A stretch of DNA of 44,667 nt from Octopus sinensis (taxonomy: Eukaryota), in assembly GCF_006345805.1 (NCBI RefSeq), contig NW_021834896.1:1-44667 (forward strand). Reading direction: 5' to 3'. The translations under genes and the position numbers were made by a program. This document shows positions 35,317 to 44,667 of the stretch, in pieces; the first letter of the stretch is position 1; each line of letters starts with the position of its first letter. Under the pieces are notes generated by a model. It had not been told where the DNA came from. It searched no databases and saw only the letters and a list, made by a program, of their open reading frames with translations.

Positions 35317-35524
35317 TGTGTGTGTCTATGTATTTACGAAAGTATGTGTGCAGCGTGGCGTGTATATCCCTGAATGACAACTGTATTAACGTTACCAACC
35401 CACTGTCATTCCATATTTGTCGGTTACACGACTTTGTCCTCCCCTTTCCTGATATCAGCCACCCTCATTATGCCACCACGTTTCACCTCACACTAACACT
35501 CTTGCACCCTTTTCATTTTATCAA

Positions 35525-35764
35525 ATAGTAGCCTAAGCCCAATCAAGTAAAATAAATTAGTTGACTGGTAATACCGAGAAAGCACCCCCACCAGGGGGCC
35601 TATTATAGATTTTTTAATGAAATCCAATTAGCCTATAATTCAACTGGATGTTAATTTAACATGCATGTAAAGTTTCGTCAAGATTGGTTCACTGGTGTAG
35701 GCAGCAACATGGTAACAGACCGACAGTTGGATAGACAGACAGAAATTGCCATTTATGTATAAGA
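35525..35764 (-). mobile_element. Helitron-type 5' portion (3' end uncertain)
   Basis: Minus strand begins A|TCTTATACATAAA...TTTCTGTCTGTCT, the same style as the 34583 element. Confidence 0.4.
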
Positions 35765-35792
35765 TGGTTACCTTCATACATACATGCATGCA

Positions 35793-35826
<34 letters not shown>

Positions 35827-35903
35827 CATACATACTAGCTAACAATGCATACATAATACATATATGTGAGATTATAGTGAATATATGTATATACATGTAT
35901 ACC

Positions 35904-36117
35904 CGAGGAGTGTTGAACAGTTCCTGGCTTTAGAGGTATCGTAAAGGGTTTGGTTGGAGCCCAACCTTCCGAGTTCTTTTACAAGGCTTAGAAAAACTGA
36001 AGGATTGCTGCAATAAGTGTGTGAATATGAGAGGGAACATGTTGAATAAATTCATAATTAACTGATACTCCTGTATTTTCTTTTATCCAAAGCCAGGAAC
36101 TTTTCAGCACCTTATTG
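35904..36117 (+). mobile_element. ~215 bp mariner-derived MITE
   Basis: Imperfect TIRs CGAGGAGTGTTGAACAGTTCCTGGCTTT / AAAGCCAGGAACTTTTCAGCACCTTATTG. Internal GLEKLKDCCNKCVNMRG resembles a mariner C-terminus. Confidence 0.75.
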
Positions 36118-36147
36118 TATATACATGTAAGTATGTCTGTATACATA

Positions 36148-36660
36148 CCGTAAATCCTTGAGTATAGTCCGCCCTTGTGTATAATACGCAGGTGATTTTA
36201 GAGGGTTGTGCCTCTGAAAAATCTAAACCATGTGTATAATACGCACCCCTTCTCTAACTTGAGTCAAGGAGGTCTATATAACATCCTTGGTTTGTAAAAA
36301 TGTATATGGTAACGTCCTTTAATATTATTGTATTTATAACATAATGCAAACGTGTAGCTTTTTTGTGCATTTTGTTTGAAGAAAATAAAGAAATAACAGT
36401 AATAACGGTTAATAAATGTTGCTTACTGCAAGTTATGGATGATTCTTTTATGACTTCATTGCTTTCCGGCTTAGCTTAAGGTATTTTCGCGCTCAACATC
36501 ACAAAATTGCTTCTGAATAAAAATTGCCGGACAGCAAATAGAGATTCGGACATTGCTTGGAAAATATTTTTCATTTTTAACCTCGTATATAGTAAGCATT
36601 AGGGATTTTGACCTTTAAATTTTGGTGGGGGAAATGCGGATTATACTCGAGGATTTACGG
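36148..36660. mobile_element. 513 bp Tc2/pogo-like MITE
   Basis: 25 bp TIRs CCGTAAATCCT[T/C]GAGTATA[G/A]TCCGC with two mismatches, TA at both ends, subterminal GTGTATAATACGCA repeats. Family assignment rests on the CCGTA terminus only. Confidence 0.8.
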
Positions 36661-36670
36661 TACACAACGG

Positions 36671-36836
36671 CTTCTATGCACTTTCCGTCAACCAAATTCC
36701 ACTCACATTATACTGTTTGCGGTTAATCCGAAGCTCTGTGGCAGAAGACACTTGCCCAAGGTGTCATATAGTATAACTGAACCCAGAAGCATATGCCTGA
36801 GCAGCGAATTTCTTAACTACATAGCTATACCTTCGC
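36671..36836 (-). mobile_element. Old SINE family B 5' half
   Basis: CTTTCCGTCAACCAAATTCCACTCAC...AGAAGACACTTGCCCAAGGTG. Confidence 0.7.
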
Positions 36837-37531
36837 TCAGCATGGCTCTCCCAATCAATAATTCGATCCCTCACAAACCACCGGCTTAGTTAGCTATGAC
36901 ATTCTGTGGGCGTAACCATATTTGACCGAATTCTATATAACTATTTGGTGTTGTGTGTTTGTTGTATACTAAGCTGTATTTGATATTACAGAGGAGTTTT
37001 AATTACTATTGAGGAAAATGATATATTGGAAAACTTAATTAAATCTGAGTCAATTTCACTGGTATGTAAGTAAATGTTGAAATTTCATTAGCAGACGACA
37101 GAGTAGAGTAGAGAGAGGAAAGAGAAAGATCGAAAAGAGTGCGAAGGTGTGTGTATGTGTGAGAGAGAGAGAGGGAGAGAGAGAGTGTGTGTGTGATTGA
37201 AAGACACAGCGTGCAAAGGCAGAGCGAAAGAGAGAAAGAGAAAGAGAAAGTGAGGCAGACAATGTGTGTCTACGGGAAGGACAAGGGGAGAGCAAAAGGG
37301 AAAGTGATAAAGAAAAACAGGGAGAGAGAGAGAGATGCAGAGCTATTTCCAGTATTAATGTATTTCGTGGTAAAATATATTTTCTCCTTCGCCGACCCAA
37401 TATTTTTTGCATCACATTTTACACCGCAGGGAACCAAGGAAGGGGCGAGTTCGAATTTGGCATCAACCAATGAAATTTGAGACGAAATTCCGACGGCGAT
37501 GGCAGTGACTGCTGCTGTTGTAGTTGCAATT

Positions 37532-37566
<35 letters not shown>

Positions 37567-37574
37567 GGTGGTGG

Positions 37575-38160
37575 TGTTTAGTACCTCGCCGAAACCGATC
37601 CTGCAGACCTATGATTGAAGACATTCCAGACGTGACATTTTCGTCTTTTTCATATGTGTAGTGAACCTAGGGATAGATTATAATTACTCAGCGTGTTCTT
37701 TTCTAAAATGAGGGCTGTAACCTAGGGTGCTTTGGCTGTTACTTCTAAAAGGACGAACGACCACATTGAGGCTCCGCAGGAAACCGTAGCAGAATTGGTG
37801 GTGGTGGTGGTGGTCGTCGTCGTCGTCGTCGTCGTGATGGTCGTGGCGGCGGTAGTGTAGTGATGGCGGTGGTGGCGATGGAAAAATGGAGGCGTGTCGT
37901 GGTGGGCAGGGGACAGTCCAGGACATAGTGATGTAGATATGATTGTAGTGTTATAGTTTAGCCCCAGGTCAAGTCAATCCTGATTGAGAAAAACCTGTGA
38001 GCAAAGGGATTCCGACTTTGATCATCCATTCCGGTATAGTTGTTACGTGTAGGACTACGTTACCCAATGTATCTTTCCTTTTAAACCTGTTAGGGTGTAA
38101 TTTGAGGGGTAAGTGACTGTTGTTTCTAGTAGATCGAGCAACCACATAGAAACCACTTCT
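37575..38160 (+). mobile_element. Cluster of family C fragments among (GGT/GTC/GTT)n tracts
   Basis: GCAGACCTATGATTGAAGACATTCCAG, GTTTAGCCCCAGGTC and AGGGTGTAATTTGAGGGG motifs shared with the other C copies. Confidence 0.55.
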
Positions 38161-38211
38161 TGCGGCGGCGGCCGGCGGTGGTAGTGATGGTTGTGGTGGT
38201 AGTGACGGCGA

Positions 38212-38605
38212 TTTTTACCTCCACCTTAGCGAAGGCGGAGGTATTGTTTTCAGTTGTATTTTTTTTGTTTGACCGTGAACAAGATATCTTAAGACCCGCT
38301 GGATGGGTTTAGATGAAACTTTCAAGGATGTTTGGTCTCGTGACTGGCACGAACTGATTCGATTTTTGGAATCGATCCGGTACCGGACAAGGATTCTGGA
38401 TTATTTTTCCTGTTTTTTTTTTTTTGTTTTTTGTTTTCTTTTACTTAATTTTTGAGAGCCGCCGGGTTCATGTTTAGTATTCTCGATTGTGAGAGCAGTC
38501 GAGTTTATTTCAGATATGCTCATTTTAAAAATCATCTCTGGCTAATCGTTGAGAGGACGTTGATGTTGCCTTGGCGGAGGTTTGCACTCTCTGAATGCTC
38601 TTGTT
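38212..38605 (+). mobile_element. Helentron-associated HINE/DINE-1-like element
   Basis: 5' subTIR ACCTCCACC (38217-38225) with internal partner GGCGGAGGT (38234-38242), 3' subTIR GGCGGAGGT (38573-38581), 3' hairpin GCACTC-TCT-GAATGC, T-rich ends. Confidence 0.7.
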
Positions 38606-38621
38606 TTTATTGCCTTGTGTC

Positions 38622-39310
38622 GTGAAGAAACTTGCTTTGTAACCTCATGGCTTAGGGTCCAGTCGCACTGCGTGACACCTCTACTATTCTACTATAACAT
38701 CAGGCCGACAAAATCTTTTTGAGTAAATCACGTAAGCGGAAACTGTGTGGATTCCTGTCAAATGTGTGTGTGTGTGTCTGTGATAGTGCGTGTCCTAATG
38801 TTTAAGATGTTGCACTCAGGATCGCGAGGTCGTGGCTTTAATTCCTGGATCGGGTGGCGAGTTATGCTCTTGAGCAAAGCATTTCAGCTCACGTTGTTCT
38901 GCGATCACTTCAACAACTGACGTCTGCTACAGCAGTAAACGCAACGTCGATTTGATGGAAAAAGTGCGCTAATGTCCAGCTCATACATTTCATTTCTATG
39001 AACAAGTCATCTGTGCAGATCGTTCAGCAAGACATTGCAAAACTGTCTTTCTTGGACCCGAGAGACTAATCTCCATATATGGGTGTGGGGGTGGGGGTGC
39101 GTGGGGGGGTGCCTTTGTGCTTGACCTCCACTGCTTGACAGCTGGTGCTAGTTTGTTTACATCCCCGTAATGTAGTGGTTCGGCAAAAGAGACTAATAGA
39201 AAAAGTGTCAGACTTAAAAACAATACACAAGTACTGGAATTGATGTTTGATTAAAACCTTTGAAGGGGGTGCTCCAGTATGACTGTTGTATAATAAGTAA
39301 CAGATAAAAG
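38622..39310 (+). mobile_element. Old SINE B split at its internal microsatellite by a D-like SINE (~38806-39066)
   Basis: B 5' half at 38622-38780, tRNA/CORE-like SINE in the middle, B 3' half at 39131-39310. Confidence 0.55.
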
Positions 39311-39448
39311 AAAGCCTAGAGAAAGGGGCTGATGGGCATGGCCTCTGGAGATCTCCTTTGAGAATGGCCAAATTGAGGAATTTAATGATTCTCTTCTCGA
39401 GTTCACCAGAATAACCTAGGGCAGGGAGGGGGTTGTAGAATGGTGAAA

Positions 39449-40432
39449 ATCTTTTCTGCTCTAGGCACAATGCCTGAAATTTTGAGGGAGGGAGCCAGTC
39501 GATTAGAACGACCCGAGTACGCAACTGGTATTTAATTTATCGACCTCCGAAAGGATGAAAGACAAAGTCGACCTCGGTGGAATTTGAACTCAGAACATAA
39601 AGACAGACGAAATACCTATTTCTTTATTACCCACAAGAGGCTAAACACAGAGGAGAGAAACAAGGACAGACACATGGATTAAGTCGATTACATCGACCCC
39701 AGTGTGTAACTGGTACTTAATTTATCGACCCCGAAAGGATGAAAGGCAAAGTCGACCTCAGCGGAATTTGAACTCAGAACATAAAGACAGACGAAATACC
39801 ACTAAGCATTTCGCCCGGCTTGCTAACGATTCTTATTTCTTTATCGCCCACAGGGAGCTAAACACAGAAGGGATAAACAAGGACAGACAAACGGATTAAG
39901 TCGATTACATCGACCCCAGTGCGTAACTGGTACTTAATTTATCAACCTCGAAAGGATGAAAGGCAAAGTCGACCTCGGTGGAATTTGAACTCAGAACGTA
40001 AAGACAGACGAAATACCTATTTCTTTATTACCCACAAGAGGCTAAACACAGAGGAGAGACACAAGGACAGACACATGGATTAAGTCGATTACATCGACCC
40101 CAGTGTGTAACTGGTACTTAATTTATCGACCCCGAAAGGATGAAAGGCAAAGTCGACCTCGGCTGAATTTGAACTCAGAACGTAGCCGCAGACGAAATAC
40201 CTATTTCTTTACTACCCACAAGGAGCTAAACACAGAGGAGACAAACAAGGACAGACAGACAGATTAAGTCGATTATATCGACCTCAGTGCATAACTGGTA
40301 CTTAAATTATCGACCCCGAAAGGATGAAAGGCAAAGACGACCTCGGCAGAATATGAACTCAGAACGTAACGGCAGACGAAATGCCTCTAAGCATTTCGCC
40401 CGGCGTGCTAACGTTTCTGCCAGCTCGCCGCC
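39449..40432 (-). mobile_element. SINE family A concatemer: head, four 184 bp tail-B units, a 33 bp head piece, and a terminal tail-A1 unit
   Basis: Units 39616-39799, 39833-40016, 40017-40200, 40201-40384. Head 40385-40432. Partial head 39800-39832. Tail-A1 unit 39449-39615. Confidence 0.92.
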
Positions 40433-41121
40433 TTAGCAGGGTGACAATCTGGAGAAGGACTGGATGCAGTTGTTAGTACAGAGAATGGAAGCTTGCACAT
40501 AATATTGCAAGAGCAAATCAAGGGTGCTCGAGACGAATATAGACTACTGCAGTAGTTATGGGGAAAAAAAAACAAAAGAAAGAGCAAAGACACAGCATGT
40601 CTGTGGGTCAGAGGGCTTGATGAATGAATGGTGGTGGTGGTGGTGGTGGTGGTGGCGACAGCGCGGCGGTGGTGGTAGTGGTGGTAGCGGCATCAGCGGA
40701 GCTAGTGTCGGGCTAAGCAGAAAGACGTACAAATTCGGTAGCGACCAACGAAACGTAATACAAGTTTCCAATGGCGACAAGAATTGGTGAATGGAAGAAG
40801 CTGCGTTAGCATAAAAGGACGTTTGTAGTTGTGGAAGTGGTCGTTATGGAGTGGCGGGGGGGGGGAGTGTTACTGGTGGTGGTCTTGGTGGTCGTAGTAG
40901 TAGAAGCGTTTGTGTAAACAAGCCCACACACACACACGAGCACGTACTCTTATAGGAGTAATATATCTAATCTTATAGAAAGATGAGAAACTATATCAAT
41001 CACTGAATGACAAAATGAATTGAAGTGTTAAATTAGACCATCTGTATTAATGGAGTGTCGTATTATCAATATGTTCACAATTTCATAAGAACATATTTCT
41101 GTGTGTGTGTGTGTGTACATA

Positions 41122-41545
41122 TACTCTTTACTCTCTTTTACTCTTTTACTTGTTTCAGTCATTTGACTGCGGCCATGCTGGAGCACCGCCTTTAATCGAG
41201 CAACTCGACCCCGGGAATTATTTTGTAAGCCCAGTACTTATTCTATCGGTCTCTTTTGCCGAACCGCTAAGTGACGGGGACATAAACACACCAGCATCGG
41301 TTGTCAAGAAATGCTAGGGGGACAAACACAGACACACAAACACACACACGCATATATATATATATATATACATACATATATACGACAGGCTTCTTTCAGT
41401 TTCCGTCTACCAAATCCACTCACAAGGCTTTGGTCGGCCCGAGGCTATAGTAGAAGACACTTGCCCAAGGTGCCACGCAGTGGGACTGAACCCGGAACCA
41501 TGTGGTTGGTAGACAAGCTACTTACCACACAGCCACTCCTGCGCC
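41122..41545 (-). mobile_element. SINE family B, full length
   Basis: Tail (TACTCTTT)n through to head ending CTCCTGCGCC. Confidence 0.93.
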
Positions 41546-41572
41546 TATGTTCACAAATTCATAAGAACAAGC

Positions 41573-41606
<34 letters not shown>

Positions 41607-41609
41607 ATA

Positions 41610-41837
41610 TACTCTTTACTCTCTTTTACTCTTTTACTTGTTTCAGTTATTTGACTGTGGCCATGCTGGAGCACCAGCTTTAGTCGAGCAAATCGACCCC
41701 AGGACTTATTCTCTTTTTAAGCCTAGTACTTATTCTATCGGTACCTTTTGTCGAACCGCTAAGTTACGGAGATGTAAACACACCAGTATCGGTTGTCAAG
41801 CGACATGGGGGGGGAAACACAGACATATATTTTATAC

Positions 41838-41869
<32 letters not shown>

Positions 41870-41891
41870 TATGTATGTATATGTATGTATA

Positions 41892-41939
<48 letters not shown>

Positions 41940-42100
41940 AGACGACGGGCTTCTTTCAGTTTCCGTCTACCAAATCCACTCACAAGGCTTTGGTCGCCCG
42001 AGGCTATAGCAGAAGACACTTGCCCAAGGTGCGACGCTGTGGGACTGAACCCAGAACCGTGTGACTCGTAAGCAAGCTACTACCACACAGCTCCTACACC
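41610..42100 (-). mobile_element. SINE family B, near full length, tandem to the previous copy
   Basis: Same tail sequence, more diverged body, longer TA linker. Confidence 0.9.
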
Positions 42101-42136
42101 TTAAGGAATAAATATGAATAAAAAGCTGTATATATA

Positions 42137-42410
42137 CAGGTTGATTCAAAAGTCTCAATACATAGGAAAAATATTTTTTTTTAAATAAGTTTTTAAGATC
42201 CCCTAGATTCCCTGATCTGACCCCTCTTGATTTCTATCTTTAAGGGCATTTGAAAGGAATGATGCATCGTGGAAAGATAAAAGTCATAAATGACTTGAAG
42301 GAACGCATCACCAACTCATTTGCACACGTTTCACCAGATGTGCTATTACGAGTTGGGGTAAACATATTGCAATGTTGGTTCAAAACAATGGTAACCATAT
42401 AGAGCTTGTT
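42137..42410 (+). mobile_element. Tc1/mariner-superfamily (DD37D/maT-like) deletion fragment
   Basis: TA plus CAGGTTG terminus. SPRFPDLTPLDFYL*GHLKG...DLKERI resembles the PPRSPDLTPLDFFLWG motif. Confidence 0.7.
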
Positions 42411-42840
42411 AAATATGCATTACAACCATATGTGCGCGACATGGTGATCTCATACCAAGATAATCAGCGCATGACCTTGAAGGTGGGTCCCAGTTAGAAT
42501 TTTCTTCTGGTCGAGTAACCCATCCCGCTCAAAAGGACGTTGAGCGAACCACCCATGTTTCCAAAGGTGAATTATCCAAACCTCTAAGAATCCCTCTCAA
42601 CACACGGCTATGATGCTCCCCCACTGCTTCTGCTCGTAGTCAGAGATGCACATATCGTCAGCCACTAAAGGATATGGTCAACTGTTTTAAGGTCAAACAA
42701 CTGACAAGCAAATCTGTGGTATTGAGCAGAATATTTGCTGTATCCCATCTTTTATACCAAGACAAAACATTGTACATAACACTTCCAATCAGTTAAGATC
42801 AGAAACCATGAGAGCCACTGTCTAGTACTGCATCAGGGCA

Positions 42841-42894
42841 TTCTTCTTCTTCTTCTTCTTCTTCTTATTCTTCTTCTTCTTATTATTATTATTA

Positions 42895-42949
<55 letters not shown>

Positions 42950-42970
42950 GTCGTTGTTGTTATTATTATT
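42841..42970. repeat. (CTT)n-(ATT)n-(GTT) tract
   Basis: Direct reading. Confidence 0.95.
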
Positions 42971-43000
42971 TTATGGATATGTATGAATGTATACATATAG

Positions 43001-43204
43001 TTAATCCAAACATGAAAACACAAAGAGAAAACACAACAACGCGAGGACGTGGAACAAGTATAGTGTTATTGGACGCTCACGAAAGGAAAGAAAGAAAGGG
43101 GATTTAACGTTTCGAGCGGAGCTCTTCGTCAGAAATATAGAAAAGGAAAGAATTAAGGAAGGGAAGACGGAGGAAAAAATCGCCAACGACACGCACGCGG
43201 TCAC
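43001..43204 (-). mobile_element. ~200 bp pLTR-like unit (copy 3 of 3) with intact CUGACGA core
   Basis: Minus strand CTGACGA-A-GAGC-TCC-GCTC-GAAACGTTA at 43105-43132. Confidence 0.78.
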
Positions 43205-43369
43205 AATATATATATATATAATATCATATATATATATATACGCATATATATATGTGTGTGTGTATGTATATGTATATATATATATACCGGACTAAACACA
43301 TAAATATGAAACAAGGTGGAAAAAAGAGTACTCAAATACCACAGGTAGAGTAATATGCTTTATTTAAAA

Positions 43370-43407
43370 CTGTCAGACGAACGGGAACGTGAAATTCCGA
43401 GTAACAG
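43370..43407 (+). ncRNA. Minimal hammerhead relic (U4 to A) in a small pLTR-like fragment, ~43267-43440
   Basis: CTGT-CAGACGA-ACG-GGAA-CGT-GAAA-TTCCGA-GTA-ACAG. Stem I CUGU/ACAG, stem II ACG/CGU, GUA triplet. Confidence 0.55.
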
Positions 43408-43439
43408 CTTTTGTTAAATTTCTGCTGCTTTAAAATAAA

Positions 43440-43471
<32 letters not shown>

Positions 43472-44029
43472 TTATGTGAGAGTAGATTCATATGAATCCA
43501 CATACCAAACTCATCTTAATCGAAATATAACCGACCAGATACCTGATCACCTGTCGGTCAAGTGTGTAGAGAAGGGAGGTAGATTATACACCCACGAGGA
43601 AATGGAGTAAACACTTGTTAGTGGAATCTATTTTCTCGGTAAAGACTGCATCTGTAATGTAAACTAGTGATTAATGGTGACTTTGAAGTTAGAGCTAGAT
43701 GACAAGACGATGCGGTGAAGGAATTTATGGAAGCTGAGAGAACTTTCGGTTTGGCGTAGGTGCGGAGAAATCCTGTGAGACCCATAAGTCGCGGGATAAT
43801 TGATAGTTTCTAGGAGTCAACCTGAATGACAGTGGAGAGCTGTGCCTGGAATAAGGTATCTCACAATCAGAAAGGAACATGGTGGTGGTACGGTGCGGTA
43901 GATTGAAATACAAAAGCTAAAAAAATAGGCCTGGAAAGACTGGAAGAAGAAGAAGAGACAGAGAGAGAGAGAGAGAGAAAGCAAAGAAAGAATTAGCTTC
44001 CAGATATTGGTTATAGTCTCAATTAATTA

Positions 44030-44172
44030 GGGGCAGGAGTGGCTGTGTGGTAAGTAGCTTGCTTACCAACCACATGGTTCCGGGTTGAGTCTTACTGCGG
44101 GCCGACCAAAGCCTTGTGAGTGGATTTGGTAGACCGTCGTATATATGTATATGCATATATATATGTGTGTGT

Positions 44173-44215
<43 letters not shown>

Positions 44216-44453
44216 TGTGTGTGTGTGTGTGTGTTTATGTGTCTGTGTTTGTCCCCCCCACCTCCAACATCGCTTAACAACCGATGCTGCTGGTTTTACG
44301 TCCCCGTAACTTAGCGGTTCGACAAAAGAAACCAATAGAATAAGTACTAGGCTTACAAAGAATAAGTCCTGGGGTCGATTTCCTAGATTAAAGGCAGTGT
44401 TCCAGCATGGCCGCAGTCAAATGACTGAAACAAGTTCAAAAAAAGAAAGAGTA
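44030..44453 (+). mobile_element. SINE family B with two internal deletions in the 5' half
   Basis: Head intact. The CCTTGGGCAAGT block and the GAAACTGAAAGAAG block are missing. TA/TG linker and 3' half present. Confidence 0.9.
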
Positions 44454-44667
44454 TTGTCAGGGCTAATCACCTCTTTTATCCAACCATTGCGTATCTTGGA
44501 TTGTATTCAGTGACACCTTGCTGTTTATAACCCTGTATACTGATGTTCATTTGATCATCTATACTCTTCCTTTTCAATAACACTTTGCTTTGTAATTTAA
44601 TACTCCGTACTTATTCTTCTTCAGTTATTTCATCATCACCATTAGCTTATTTTTCAGACGTAAGATT

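Noticed and set aside
39616-40384. Regular array that could suggest CRISPR
   Set aside because: Units are contiguous 184 bp SINE bodies with no unique spacers, the context is eukaryotic, and there are no cas genes.
42430-42840. Segment that looks like a retroelement UTR-type repeat
   Set aside because: Single copy in this window with no diagnostic motif, so it cannot be classified from the sequence alone.

Overview
AT-rich animal DNA made almost entirely of repeats. The SINE families and microsatellite load resemble an octopus genome (inference from recalled repeat sequence, not a search result). I recognise no host protein-coding gene, tRNA, rRNA or CRISPR array. Most ORFs in the supplied track are translations of microsatellites or decayed transposons. 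Supported content: (i) three tRNA-derived SINE families in many copies, labelled A, B and D here, plus an unclassified dispersed repeat C; (ii) a decayed Penelope-like element with RT and GIY-YIG, plus several fold-back pLTR-like fragments carrying minimal hammerhead-ribozyme cores; (iii) RTE, CR1-like and I-group LINE remnants; (iv) several mariner/Tc1/Tc2 derivatives; (v) Helitron and HINE-type rolling-circle elements; (vi) a ~107 bp minisatellite and many compound microsatellites. The most interesting signals are a SINE subfamily forming exact 184 bp head-less concatemers at a GGTAT-like site in its own head, a dense set of hammerhead cores, a hairpin cassette in opposite orientation relative to its body in two copies, and a SINE apparently inserted into another copy's tail with a long duplication. 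A few low-confidence splice-bounded candidate exons are noted, one encoding a signal-peptide-like 22-mer. All alignments and folds were done by eye, and boundaries of decayed elements are approximate.
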